A stretch of 64,000 nucleotides of DNA, counting the filler, from Streblomastix strix (Eukaryota), in assembly GCA_008636045.1 (NCBI GenBank). It is 4 parts of 4 records of this genome, joined end to end, with 100 filler letters (N's around TTAATTAATTAA, not from the genome) between each part and the next. Parts side by side here need not be neighbours in the genome. Positions count along the whole stretch, not along the records: positions 1 to 15,966 come from SNRW01000895.1; positions 16,067 to 32,027 come from SNRW01000896.1; 2 more parts are not named here. One strand, 5' to 3'. The notes beneath the pieces are model-generated. The model searched no databases. It saw only the letters and a program-made list of their open reading frames with translations, and was not told the DNA's origin. A program made the position numbers and the translations under genes. Of this stretch, positions 13,327-27,240 are shown piece by piece; position 1 is the stretch's first letter; every line of letters begins with the position of its first letter.

Positions 13327-15966
13327 ATGTAGACTGCAGATACTGATATTCCGAAGGTCGATGATTTCCCCTTAATTGTCCTGAATATTGAAAACGCGGA
13401 GAGAAAAGAAATCGAGACCGCCGTAGAGAAAGAATCCGAAATTGAAAAGAAAGAAGTTGATATTTCAGATGAAAAGAAAGAAGTTGAAATTCCTAAGGAG
13501 AAGAAATCCGATGAGTAGCCTCCTTAGACAGAGTAAGGTCATACGAATACAAATATTGTGTTACCTGATACAGAAACCGAACCAGTTGACGAAAAAGAAG
13601 ATATTTTAACAACTCCACCCCACTTACCATAGCCAAAGTCAACACCCCAACAGAAGGGAAGTGCAAATGCACCTTAGAACCAATTTACAACTCCATCTTA
13701 ATTGGCATGAATATTTTTTTTTCTAAAAGCCAGTTTTCTTTATTTTTATATTTATTAACCTGTTTCATCTTATGCAAATAGTTGCAGGAATCGAAGTTGA
13801 CAGATGAATAGAAGACGGAGAGAAGGAGGACCCAATACATTGATATTAGCACATCTGAGAAATTACGTAGATTAGTTGGTGAAGGCAAAGATATTCCCGA
13901 TTCTGAGAAATAATCAGATTTGAAGGAAGAATTGAATAAAACAACTGAAAATGTGGATAAAACAACTGATAAAGAAGACAATATAGAATCTCCACACACT
14001 CCAGCATTCAAAGATAACCAGAATACAACTATTCCAAATGATGGAATATCTGAATTATAGGAGAATGATGAAACATTACTTGATTCATATGACATTAATA
14101 AATCAGAAAGAATGAACGTCATTAATGGAATGTCTGATGAATATGCACGAAGATATAGACTTATGCATACACCGAATGGAAGACATATTACTCCTCGTAT
14201 TTGGAGTGATATAAGCACAAATATTCACATTGTTCCACTTAATTCATATTCATAAGTATTATTATATATATATTATTTAATCAATGATTAATACATTCAA
14301 ATATTTATATTAATTATTATAATTACTTTCTATATATATATAATATAATTAGGATGTACTTGTGAAAGAGAAGAATAAAACAGAAGAGAAGAAAGAAGAA
14401 GATAAATAAAAGGACAAAGATGAGGGTTGGGAGAAAATAGATGTTGATAAAGAATAAGAATAAGAATAAGAAGAACAATAAAATAAAAGAATCAATGGTC
14501 ACATTCTTTGGAAGCCTTCAAAGTTAGTGTTGAAATAATTAGACTATGAAATTGCATTAGAAAAGAAGAGAGAGAAGACTCTTACCCAACTGGATAAGGA
14601 ATACATTCAATATGAGAAGAACTATCCAATATATTCATAATATGGATAGTCATTCTTCTTGGAGTCATAAACAAGGACAGCTTCACTTGCAGAGACTTGT
14701 GAATCATTGGTTAATGATTAGGAAAGCTTCAGAATCAACAAAGGAAGAGAAGAAGAAGAAGAAGAATAGGAGAAATGGATTAAAGATAATAAATTAAATG
14801 GAGTCTAATCTGAGTAAGTTAAGAAGACTGATGATAAGAATAAATGGCTTCGTACATTGATTTAAAGAAATAAGAGATTTGCAGTTGAGAATAATGAGTT
14901 TATTGGTCTTCCAATTGTAGAAAGGGAATTTGAAACAAGCGTCAAAGCCCAGTTGGGCGAATAATAAGAAGATGAATATAAATTAGATAAGATTCAGTCA
15001 TTAATCCAATCTCCTCCATAACTGACATCATCATCATCATCTCTATCATCATCAGAAATAGGATAGTTGAAGTAGAAGTAAGATAAAGACAATAAACAAT
15101 TCTTCCACTTATTGGAGCAAGAATAAGAGAGAGTCCTTAGTGAAGTTCTGAGAAGTGTAGTTTTATCTGATTTTGTGCAACACACCAGACATGTATAGCC
15201 AACTCCAAAGACTGAGAGAAGAAGAAGGGAAGAAATAATTGAGAAGGAAAAGGAGAAAGAAAAAGAAAGATAATAAGAAATAGAGAAGAATAAATATAAA
15301 TAGAAAGAGAATAATGTATAGAAACTATAAGATATTGATGATAGGAAAGGAATTAAAGGAATATTCTTCAGTGTTGATGCTGCAGATAAGAATGATGAAG
15401 ATGAAGTAGAAGTCATTACCATATCATCTGAATAAGATGAAGAGGATAAGAAACCATTATCTGGCAGACAAATGAAATATATTGTGAAAGATAGAGGTAG
15501 TATCATTAATAAGAATGATGATGTTCTTACTGATAAACTTGGATAGGCATTTGATGCATGGAGATTGTTGGCTAGAGAAAGTCCATAAAAGAAATAAAGT
15601 TAGTTAAAAGATAGAGAAAGAAAGAAAGAATAAATTAAGTAAGAATATGATGATGATGAAGAAGAGGAAGAGGAGGAAGAAGAAGAAGAAGAAGATGATG
15701 ATGATGAGAAATATTAAAAGTTGGTTGAAAGATAAACATGGAGAAAGAAACGTCTATTTAATTAATAAATGAGAAATTCAATGCTTAATAGTCATCTTTA
15801 TTCTAAATTAGATAGTTTAGCCACACCAGGAATTGAAACTCCTTATTATTAATAAGCTTAATAATAATCTTCTTCATCACAATCAGCTAAATCATATTTC
15901 AGATCTCCAATGTTCACACCTGGTTTTACTCCTTCATTATATAAAGGCTATTAGAATAGTACAAAT
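13327..15966 (+). CDS. Hypothetical E/K/Q-rich protein, 3'-truncated at the linker
   Basis: Long frame open with TAR=Gln (MQTADTDIPKVDDFPLIVLNIENAERKE...), introns near 13705-13781 and ~14256-14352; no domain recognised. Confidence 0.6.
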
Positions 15967-16066
15967 NNNNNNNNNNNNNNNNNNNNNNNNNNNNNNNNNN
16001 NNNNNNNNNNTTAATTAATTAANNNNNNNNNNNNNNNNNNNNNNNNNNNNNNNNNNNNNNNNNNNN
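15967..16066. other. Artificial 100-nt linker (N44-TTAATTAATTAA-N44)
   Basis: Identical construct at 32028-32127 and 48086-48185. Confidence 0.95.
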
Positions 16067-19000
16067 CTGAATAAGAAGAAGAAATGGAAGATGAATATGA
16101 AGATGATAATAAAGAAGGAATTGAAAGAGAGATCAAAGATTAAGATATGTATATAAAAGAAATTATAGATAATATATCTAAGGATATTGAAATAATATTT
16201 GATCATAATGATTATGAATAATAAATAATAAATATTATTAGGAATATAAAGAAAAAGTCTGATATTATAAATTTTATTCTTCATTTGCAATCAAAATCAT
16301 ATACAAATATGAATGTTATTGGAAATAAATAAAATAATTTGAAAAAGAACAATTAAAATTAAATAATTTTGTAATAATCTTCATCTTTAACTTAATTATC
16401 ATCTAATTAATATACAACATCTCTTTCAGAATCATTTGCTTAACTTGGAATGCAATTATTATTCTTTCTATTTGGTAACTCATTTACTTAATTTGTATTA
16501 CCAAGATTCATTAATAATAAATTTACTTTTCCTTTCAATATTCATAATTCACTTTTAAATAAAACATAATTATTGAATGATTTGGGTCAATTGAAGATTG
16601 TTGATCTAAATTAAAGAATAATGAATAGAGTATTAAGTGAAGATATATATAAAAGATAATAATAACAAATTTCAGTATTTGAAGATTAGAATGAAGAATA
16701 ACTGAAAAACAAGAAAATGAAATATATTTTGTAATAATTAAATTAACTTGGATTGAAAGATACAGCATCAACAATGATAAAAGAAGCTGAACTTAAAATT
16801 GATGCTGAAAATGAGATAAAAGAATAAAAAGACGATAAATAGTAGAAAGACAATAGTTTGGATGAAAATGATTCTTATGTTGATTATGAGTCAATCTTTT
16901 GTAGTCATTCTAATATAAGATATAGAAAAGGCTTCAATTCTCCATTTTCAAAGTATTAATAACCATATATTCATTATATTGTTAGAGAGAGAGTTAAAGA
17001 TGTGAATATGAATATTAATTAAAGAGAAGGAATAATATAAAGTTAATATAAAGAGATGGTTGGTATGAAAGCTTCAGGAGATACTCAAATTGGATCATTA
17101 TGCTCTTAATTTGAATCAATACAACCCGATTAATTTGATAATAGACAATTTTAATAATATAATTAAATAAATAATACCAATAAATATATATCCTCTCATC
17201 CTGTCAATATTATGAGTAGAATGAGAATGGGTTTTGCTAATAATATATCATTATCTTCATCCTCATCATCAATAGAATTATGTGGAGGATCAAGAGACAT
17301 GAGATAGAAACTGTACATACAAAATGGTAAGCTGACTCCAATAGCTGTAATTAAAGTAGAAAAAGATGGGAACAGATAAATGACATTAGAAAGAAGAGAA
17401 GAGAATGAAATATAATAAATAGTAGAATAATAAAGATTAATTAGAGATAGAGGTTTATAAATACAGTAGGGAGAAAGAGTATAATAGATCAGAGATATAT
17501 AATAAGAATAAAATGAAATATAGAGACTATCTAATATTAGAGATACATTATAATAGTAAGTTGGAGTAATGAGAGAAATCAATTAAATATTTGGAGATGT
17601 GAATGGAGAAGGGAATAATAGTGAAGGAATAAATGGATAAGTTGAAACAACAAATAATCAAATAGTGAGTTAATAAGTAGAACAAACTTCATCTGATATT
17701 CATAATTAATAAAATGTTTAATAAATTGAAAGAAATGAAAATGAACAGTAAATTAGATAAGTGGGTTAATAATATTAAGATGAAATAGAAAGAATAAGAG
17801 AAAACAATAACAGAATAGAAATGCCAAGCATATAAAGGTTTAATTCTTTTCCATTATATTAAGAGCATGAATAGAATAGAAATGAATATATTGATAATCA
17901 TCATCATCATGATTCAGATACAGAAAGAATGAGAGATGAAGATTAAGAAGAAGATGATGATAATGAAGATGATGAAGATGATGAAGATGAAGATAATTAA
18001 TAACTTGGATTTGGGAAACCAGTGTGTATAACATTAAGTGTTGATAATACATTACTTGTAGGAACAACGAATGGTAAAATAATTCAATATAATGTAGACT
18101 AAATAATAGATAACTAATGTTCACTTTCATCATCATTCATTCATAAGTGTAATAAGACAGTTAATGCTAAAATTGTGTCATCCAAAGAATATCCACTTAG
18201 ACCTGGAGCTATTGGAGAATCTGCTGCAGACAAAGAATCAATAGAAAATCTGATATCACATCCCCATTATCCAATTGTTGCAGCTTCTCTTTCAACAAGA
18301 TCAATTATAATCAAAACAAAACCTGAATTGTCTTCAGCTGTTGTTGAATATGAAGATGAAGCTAAGACATCTGATTTCTCAAAGATTGGAGATTAACTGT
18401 TGATGATTCATGAGCCTCTGAGAGAATTGGTTGTTGTTGANNNNNNNNNNNNNNNNNNNNNNNNNNNNNNNNNNNNNNNNNNNNNNNNNNNNNNNNNNNN
18501 NNNNNNNNNNNNNNNNNNNNNNNNNNNNNNNNNNNNNNNNAGAAGAAGAAGACATTTAATGCATTAAGATGATGATGATGGTATTAATAGTATATTAGAT
18601 GATTTATAGATATTTACAGATGGAAGATATGATGATAATAATCCATTTGATGATGAAATAGACTTTGATTAATTTTATGATGAAGATGAAGAAGAAGAAG
18701 AAGAGGATGATGATGATGATAATGTTTTTGGATTTGGACCATAACACGTGCGCCGTTCAATAACTCTTGTTCCTGATGTATTCAGATTGAAGACTTTGAA
18801 TGCACTTGATCGACCACTCGAAATACAACGAAAGATCCTTCATTTGAAAAGTGATAAATTACAATAAATTCATAAGTAAAGATTAGAGTATGATATATCA
18901 CTTACATATAGTAACAGCTACAAATACATTCCCTGGGAGACAATTGGATTCAGCTCAATTAGTGACTTAGGATTGTAGAGAAATAGAGAAGGAAATGATT

Positions 19001-20555
19001 TATAGAGGATTGGATCAGATGGAAATGAAGACCCTGAATATGAATGGATGAGGAAATATATGAATGCGAGGTTCTCTCCTGATTCATAACTGATATTATG
19101 TCAGGGTAAAATATGGGATATAAGATCATAAAGATTGGTACAGTAATATGATAGAGCTCTTTATATAAACAATGATATGAACAAATAATGGAGTGGATTA
19201 TCTCCATATATTTTCTCACCATTTGTTTCTACAGGATCAGCAACATTATTCAGTTTTATTCATCCTCAATAACCCAATAATTAAAATAATGATTCTTCTT
19301 CTTTTTATTCTCCATTCTTCTCTGTTTCTGCAGCAATTCCATCTCGATCTCCTTTTTATGTCTGTGAATTTCATCCAAGTTAATAATAGGTGTTAATTGA
19401 TGGTGAAATTTGGGATTCGCGAAATACATCCAGATTATTGGGTCATATTCCATATTTGCATGGAGCAGATTTTGGATTAAGTGCATCTGGGAATATTTTA
19501 TATTCAACAAACAGAGAATTGATGCAAAGATCTTCATTGCTAACTTCAGATTCATCAACATATAAAATAATATCTAAGAGAGAAATTGGGGGGAAATTAA
19601 TTGATTAAGCTTTGGATGAGAGAGATCAGAGAATGGTTACACTACAAACAATAAATAACCCAGATTCAAATAGCAGGAATAAGAATAGGAACAACAAATT
19701 GGGTATTGTGATGTATACATTAGGAGGAAATTAATCAAAAGATATTTCATACAGCAGATAATCATAACTTAGTACAAGAATGAATATAGATGATGAGAAT
19801 AGTGAAGATCAAGATAGAGATATTGAATAAGAATAAGAATAATAGATTGGCGATGATTCAAATACAGAATCTGATAGTGAAGTTGGAAATGATAATGAAT
19901 AAGGATAATTAATGGATGGTGATGGAGTGAATGAAGATGCAGAAGAGAATTAAGCATTATAGGAAGAAGCAGAATAAGAATTACATAGACATGAAGAAGA
20001 TGAAGATGATGATGAAGAGGATGATGAAGAAGATGATGATGATGATAGTGATGAAGATGAAGATATTGATGATAGTGATGAAATTGCAGATAGTGATGAT
20101 GATAATGATGAAGAAGAAGAAGATGATGGAGATGATCTTAATTTGACTGAATTATTGGGTTGGGATGAAGAAGATGATGATGAAGATGATGAAAAAGAAA
20201 TAATTAGGATGGAAATGAAGATAATAGAGACAATGATTCAAATACAAATGCAGATTCATCTTCTGATCAATAATCAGATGAAGAAGTGAGAACTGAAAAT
20301 GAATCAGATGGAAATGGAAATGAAGAAGATCATTCTGATGATGATAATAATGATAATGATGATAACAATGAAGAAGGAAATGAAGATTAAGATGAGCAGA
20401 ATTAAAGTAATAATGAAGCTGATAAAACAGACGAAGATTTTGATTAAGAAGGAGATAATAATAATGAAGATGAATCAAATAAAGAGGATAGTAGTGATTC
20501 GAAAGATGACGATAATGATAAAAGTGAAAATGGAGAAAAAAGCGATGAAAAATGA
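16067..20555 (+). CDS. DCAF1/VprBP-like WD40 protein with long acidic tail, 5'-truncated, spans a plain N gap at 18441-18540
   Basis: CEFHPSQQQVLIDGEIWDSRNTSRLLGHIPYL..FGLSASGNILY..SSLLTSDSSTYKIISKREI..LIDQALD (~19365-19620) resembles the DCAF1 C-terminal WD40 segment (FHPNGLEVIINTEIWDLRT..LLHTVPAL..) recalled from memory; D/E-rich tail ends at TGA 20553-20555. Confidence 0.6.
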
Positions 20556-20748
20556 AAATTATAAAAAAATCATTGAGTTATTTTAATTTTTAATATTTTT
20601 TTTAACTTTTTTTTGACTCTAAATACTTAACATTGGAATTAATTTCAATCTTTCATTTTCAAATTTTAATAATACATTAATTAAAGAGTGCAAAAACTAA
20701 TTCAAATGAATTTCAATTTATGATTTTTTATTATTATTACTCATTTGA

Positions 20749-23700
20749 TCACCACTAATTTGCATTCATTTCAACTGAATTTGTAGATTGTGAATCAGAC
20801 CCTTGACTCTTTTTCTTTAGAGCAAGAAAGAATAAAATATAATAAATATGAGTAAAAAAGTAGTACCTTCAAGCAGACAATTATCACGATAATAATAACA
20901 ATAATAGCAGCAACAACAATTAGAGCTCCAATAGCAATTGCTATAATAATGCCAATACCAACTCCTTTTCCTGAACTTGGATTTTAATCTGACTCTGAAG
21001 AATCTTTTTAATCGAGTTCTTATTCTGATTAATTTTCTTCATTATTTAATAAATCAATATATCCATATAAAATCATTTCATCATAATCTTAATCTATAAT
21101 TCTTTTCAATACTTCATAATAAACTGTTTATGAATATTAATATGTTGTGCTCCCTTGAAATATATCAGTAATCTTTTACTTTATATTATCAGCAGTCCAA
21201 CCATCTGGAAAATAATACCATTATATGTATGCATCTTCAGCACCTTTTCCTTATCCAAGTTCAGAGAATGATTCTCCAACAATTAGATTTTTATAGAATG
21301 AATTATTGGCGAAGCTATAGTAAAATGCTCTGCTCATCAGCTAGAAGAAGATTCCTCCAGTTTTTTATCCAACATTTTCTCTGAATATGTTATTTTCAAT
21401 AATAACTAGAGAGTTTGCTTTAAATTATTCTTCATCAATGTGGATCAAAATTCCACGCTCTTCTACTTCGTGTGAAATGCATTTCTCAAAAGAATTATTA
21501 CTAATATTGATTTTAATTATATTTGCAAAATAAAAATCAAAACATAGAGTAGATGCTGAAATATAATCAATTATATCTATATTGGTGAAATTGCATCTGT
21601 TAATAAGAATATCAGCAGAATATCCAGTAGAAATCTCAAATAATTTTTCTTTTATTAAAATATCAGAGAAAAGACAATCAATAAATGAAACTTTATGAAT
21701 TGAGTTAGAAGAAGTTATTAAAACACTTCTATAACCTGAAGTTGAAATATCTGATCCCCTTTTAAATTCACAAGAAATAATAGTGAATGATGATTATTAT
21801 GATCCAGAAAAATGCATTAATTATTTACCCTAACTTGGATGATTATCAATAAATATAAATCTTTCTAATTTCAAAGAATTTAGATAAAATAATGCTATTA
21901 AGTTTGAAGAAGATGTTGACCATATTGTTTTTGGAATTACTTATCCATTTTCTGATTCATATTCACTCCTAATTGATAACATGGCATTATTTTCATTAAT
22001 TTCTAACGATTCATTCCATTATTTATCCAGAAGAATTATTGTTTATTCAAGTTATAAAGGATTACTCTACACCTTGTAAATATCATTTATTCCATTAATT
22101 ATACTTTTGTAAGGATTATCTCTTGATCCAACTTCAGTTGAAGATGTAATTTGATTTGAGACATAATGAAGTATAAAATATTGATTATTTAAATTTAATA
22201 TTCTTTAAGTAAAGTTTTCCCATTGAATTACTATATGAGGCTCATTACTGATAGAATAAGTAGAGGAAAAGTTATTTTCTCTTAATTCAGTTTCATCATT
22301 TGAAGTCTATATCCAAATATCATTGGCTTTGCTTCCTCTGTTTTAGTTGAAGAAATTATTTTTGAATATGAATAAACACTTTGATTTAATGTTTAATGCA
22401 ATTGTTCCACCAAATCCAAATCCTTTGTTATTAGTAAAGAAACAATTTTCAAATTTGACTTAATTATCTGCATAATGATTTATTCCTCCATCATATTACT
22501 CAACTGTGATTACATTACCAACAGCTTATTCAAGGCCAGAATATGAACAATCAGAAAATAAACAGCTTATTGCAAAGAATTTCAACTCATTTGAGTTCAA
22601 AAACAAGGAATGTATGCATGAGCTTTTTTAACCTTCATTTGTTATTTAAAGATTTTTGAAGTTGCAATTTAAAAGATTAATTTATGAAATCTAACCCTCA
22701 AGTAGAACAGTATTTCCATTCTAAGTGAAAATGGCATCTGAAAATTCTGCAAATAAAATATAATTATTCTTTGAGACACTCCTGATAAAGTGACCTTCAA
22801 TTATTTAATTCATACCAGAGAATTCACCATATAAATCAGCTGTTCCTTTAATAGATAATTGTTTGCATGTTTATGTTGTTATTAAAACTGCAGCAGATTC
22901 AGAACCAAGTTTGTTATCTACAAAATAACTACTCCATATTAAACAATATGTACTTTACTCATTACAAACAATACAACCTTTCTCTTATCCTAAGAATGAA
23001 CCATGATGAAATATTGACTCGGATATATCAATGTATCCTTAAGAAGTTATAATGAATGAATCAATATCTACAAATGCTCCCTTCCCCATAAATTCACACT
23101 TAGTTGCTTCTAATCTTCCAATAGTGTTATGAATAACTGTCCCACCACCATAAAATAAACAATCTCGAAGTGAAATTGATTTCCCTCCATCTGCTTTAAT
23201 GAATCCACCTAACCATTTCTACATCTCAATATTCCAAATTAAAATATCTCCAATGGTACCTTCAGATATTGTTATAACAAATTATCCTTCTCCTTCATCT
23301 TCAGCTCCTCCACCAAGAATTACTCTTTATTAATTTTATTCACCATCTCCTTTAATTGAAATATATCCTCTTTTATATCCTTTTTCTTAATCTATTGAAA
23401 CTTTTTCTAGATGTTTCAATCCAATAAGATTAACTTAAAGTTCTGTAGTGATAATTCCATCTCCAAGAACTTCATTTATTGATCCATCAAATTCTTCTTC
23501 TCTTGGAAACTTGACATATATTAGTTTGAATCCTGGATTTGTGTCTTATTCAAGCGAGAAATAACCATAAAATAAGTCATAATAAACACTGTTCTATAAA
23601 ATGGATAAACTTCCTTCTAAAATTTATTTGTAATACTATTCATCATCTGTTATGATATCAATGCCCATATTTCGTATATAAACATCTTAAGCATTCCCAA

Positions 23701-24667
23701 TCCATTTATTTTCATAATTCCAGAACTTATTATTTTATAAATTAATCTCTGCTGTATTATATACTAAAGTTATACAACTAGATAATCCATCCTAATATCC
23801 CTAAGAACATCTTTTAAAAGTATTTTCAATTATTTCAACATTGATATTTGAATTTCTCTAATTATCAATTAGAATTCCAGGACCAAAATCTCCTAATAAA
23901 TCTGTGAATATGCATCTTTTGACTGAAAATGAATCACAGTCGGATCCTCTTATTGCGTTTTCGATAAAATAGGCATTGGAGAATGTACAATCAGAAATGC
24001 TGATCTTGTTAGATTAATTAGAATAGACCATTCCATAAAGTTTTTATCTATTAACTCCATAGCCTCTGAAATTGCAATGCTGAACAGTTAATGAAGGATG
24101 ATTATTTAAATTTCCATTAATATAAATAAATTATAATTATGATTAAATTGGTTACTAAATATTATCTATTAAATTTTATTGGAAATTAATATTAGAAAGT
24201 GTGAGATCTCCTTAATCCATATATATTAAATGTTTCTCATCTGAATTTACTCTCCATATTGTTTAATCTTCCTCTCCACTAGTATATCTTCCCTGCAAAT
24301 AAAAATGTGAAAATAAATTTCTTTTTTTGCATAAATATAAAAAAAATCAAACCCTAATAAATATTGGTATAGATAATGAAATTGAAATATCTTCATAATG
24401 CTCAGGATCAAGTAAAACAATTTCAAAATTTTCACAAGGACCAAGACCTAGTATTTCTTTCACAGTTTACCTTGTTGTTTCCCCTATTTCTGTTTATCTA
24501 ACACTGTACTGACATAAAATATTTGTATATTTATATGAATTTTTCATAGGTACTTGCAAATCACTGAATGTATTATTAATAATATGGTCAGGAACTGCAG
24601 AACGAGGTAATTATGAAATTTAGCTTAAAACTGCCTATATAGCAAGCAAAAGTACAAGATTATACAT
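20749..24667 (-). CDS. Large type I membrane/surface protein, probable right-handed beta-helix repeats
   Basis: Signal-like N-terminus MYNLVLLLAIQAVLS; repeated I..C.F.N-type units; C-terminal TM GIGIIIAIAIGALIVVAAIIVIIIVIIVC then short tail KKKSQG..NQW-TGA. Confidence 0.7.
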
Positions 24668-25058
24668 CTAATGTAATAATTCCATAAATATAATAACAAA
24701 TATAAAATTAATTAATTGAAAAAATTGGGTTTTATAATGAAATCTTGAAAATGTTCTTTTCAATCATATTTTGCCTTATCATACTATATTTGTTAAATAT
24801 AAACCAATATTATCACTTTTATACTATCAAACAAGCAATTTCAAGCTCTTACCAATAAATTCAACTCATAAAGAAATTTATCATAAAAACGCTCATAATA
24901 TATGCCATAAAACGAATTTTAGCATATAATTTATTTATTTATTTATGATTTTAACTTATTTTATCAAAGATTAAATGTTAATTTAGCAAATATACTATTT
25001 GAATTTTCCAAATTAAACAAATTTTCATCTTTTTGATATTTTTTAATTTTTGATAGAA

Positions 25059-26696
25059 ATGCGAGAGATTCTTGTGCCATGGGTAGAAAAATTCCGACCT
25101 CGAACATTAGATGAAGTTGTTGCATAAGACAGTCCAGTTGCAACTCTAAAGCGCTTTGTTGAGACAGGGAATGTATATAAAGATAATATTCACTAATTTT
25201 ATCTTTTCCTTTATTAATAATATACATAGCTTCCACATTTACTCTTTCATGGACCACCTGGAACCGGGAAGACATCAGCAATATTGGCCTTAACTAATGA
25301 TCTTTTCGGGCCTGTAATGTTAAGGTAGAGAGTGCTTGAGTTGAATGCATCTGATGAACGTGGTATCAGTACAATACGAGAGAAAGTCAAACGTTTTGCA
25401 CAATAATCCATAGCAGCTAAACCAAGTAATTATACACATCCTTGTCCTCCATTCAAGATTATTATATTAGATGAAGCTGATTCACTAACTTCTGATGCCT
25501 AGAGTGCATTAAGAAGAGTTATTGAAATATATACAAAAGTGACCAGATTCTGTCTTGTCTGTAATTATGTCTCAAAGTATTAATAATATATATTTATCAC
25601 AATATCATGTAATTATTCATCACTTTCATAAATATTCAGGATTATTGATCCAATTGCATCTCGTTGTGCCAAATTCCGTTTTACACCTCTTCCTCCTGAT
25701 GTTGCTGTTGGAAGACTCAAGGAAATTGTGATTCAAGAGAAAGTTGCCTGTGATGATGCAGTTTATTCAAAGCATTTGTTAATTTGCTATTTATTTGGAT
25801 CTGCATTATTTTTAGAATTTGGAAGTTATTAATGATATCAGCAAAGGTGATTTACGTCGAGCAATTACTTTACTGCATTCTGTGCATAGGTATTAATTCA
25901 AATGTTTATTTTAAAATATATTAGAAGATTGATTTTATATATTATATACCAGATTATATAAAACAAGGATCACAAAAGATAGAATCGTTGAACTTGCTGG
26001 GGTATGAAGATATTATATTTATTAATTATTAATATTTTAATCATTATTAAATGTCATTCAGATTGTACCTGATGTTATTATCCAATCACTAATGCATGTA
26101 TTCCAAGTAACACAATCACAGGTATTATTCAATATTTTATATTTTTTATTTATATTTACATTCAAATTAATCTTCTCATTAATTATTAATAGAGGGATCT
26201 CAACACGATAATAGAGAATGATATTGTGCGTAATGGATATCCAGCAGTTCAACTAATTGAATAGATTGGAGATGAGATAATTAAAGTACATGGTATTAAT
26301 AGTATTATTGAAGAAGGGAAAGATACGACGGAAAATATAAATAGTAAATAAAAGAAGTAAAGTAAGTAAAGTATGATTATTGATTTGGATGATGATGATG
26401 GATAGAAAGGATTAAAGAAGGATAAGAAAGTAGAAATGGATAAAGATGATGAAACTGGTAATGATGAAGATGAAAATAGAGATTTGGTTGGTCTTCGTGA
26501 TGAATAAAAAGCTTAGATTGCATTAAGCATCGCACAGACAGAAAGAGTTTGTATATTTTAATAGTTTTATTCTTTATTGTTATTATTCTTCTTTTGCTAT
26601 ATTATTATTACTCAGATGCTTATTGATGGAGCTAACGAGGAATTGCAGATTAAATCACTTCTTTCGTTGATCCTTGGGTGCTTTAGACGAGGATGA
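25059..26696 (+). CDS. RFC4: Replication factor C small subunit (human RFC4 / yeast Rfc2 type), multi-exon
   Basis: [61 protein letters not shown] (Q=TAG 25500-25502), [26 protein letters not shown]. Confidence 0.93.
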
Positions 26697-27240
26697 ATTG
26701 AATTATTTTATTATTAATTTTCAGTGTTTTTTTTTCATGAATAATAAAAGGAAATATGACTTAAATATATGTGCATTTTACTTATTTATTTGCATTATTC
26801 GATATAAAATACAATTTCAGTGTTATTAGTCTTGCACTGTCGATTTATTTCTTCAAAGTTGGAACGCTTATATCTTGCAAACCACATGTACAAATATAAT
26901 AATTTATCATTTAATTATTTTAAATTCTTAATTTGGTTGATAAATCATTCTTTTAATTTATATTATTTTTACAAATAAGGCTAAAATTTAGAATTTACTA
27001 TTAAGTTCAATTTTACACACTATTATAAGTGCTTATTTCATATTTAATAAAAATTACTATAAAAATATATTATATATAACATTTAAATCAATTTATTAAA
27101 TATTTACTTTGCACAATGTCCAAGGAGATGTGTTTTGAATTTTGAGAATTTTCCTATCTCATTTCTCATGAAAATAAGAGAATAATTCATCTGAATCAAT
27201 TTATATTGACTTTATTATTTTTAATTTAGCATTATTCATA

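Noticed and set aside
16011..16022. Palindromic TTAATTAATTAA repeated every ~16 kb
   Set aside because: Centred in N runs; a six-frame stop linker, not genomic.
13327..20555. One giant gene spanning 13.3-20.6 kb
   Set aside because: Crosses a linker; the two parts are probably from different contigs.
19769..20586. Met/Lys-rich and His/Leu-rich short ORFs in the track
   Set aside because: Off-frame and antisense shadows of GAT/GAA repeats encoding the acidic tail.
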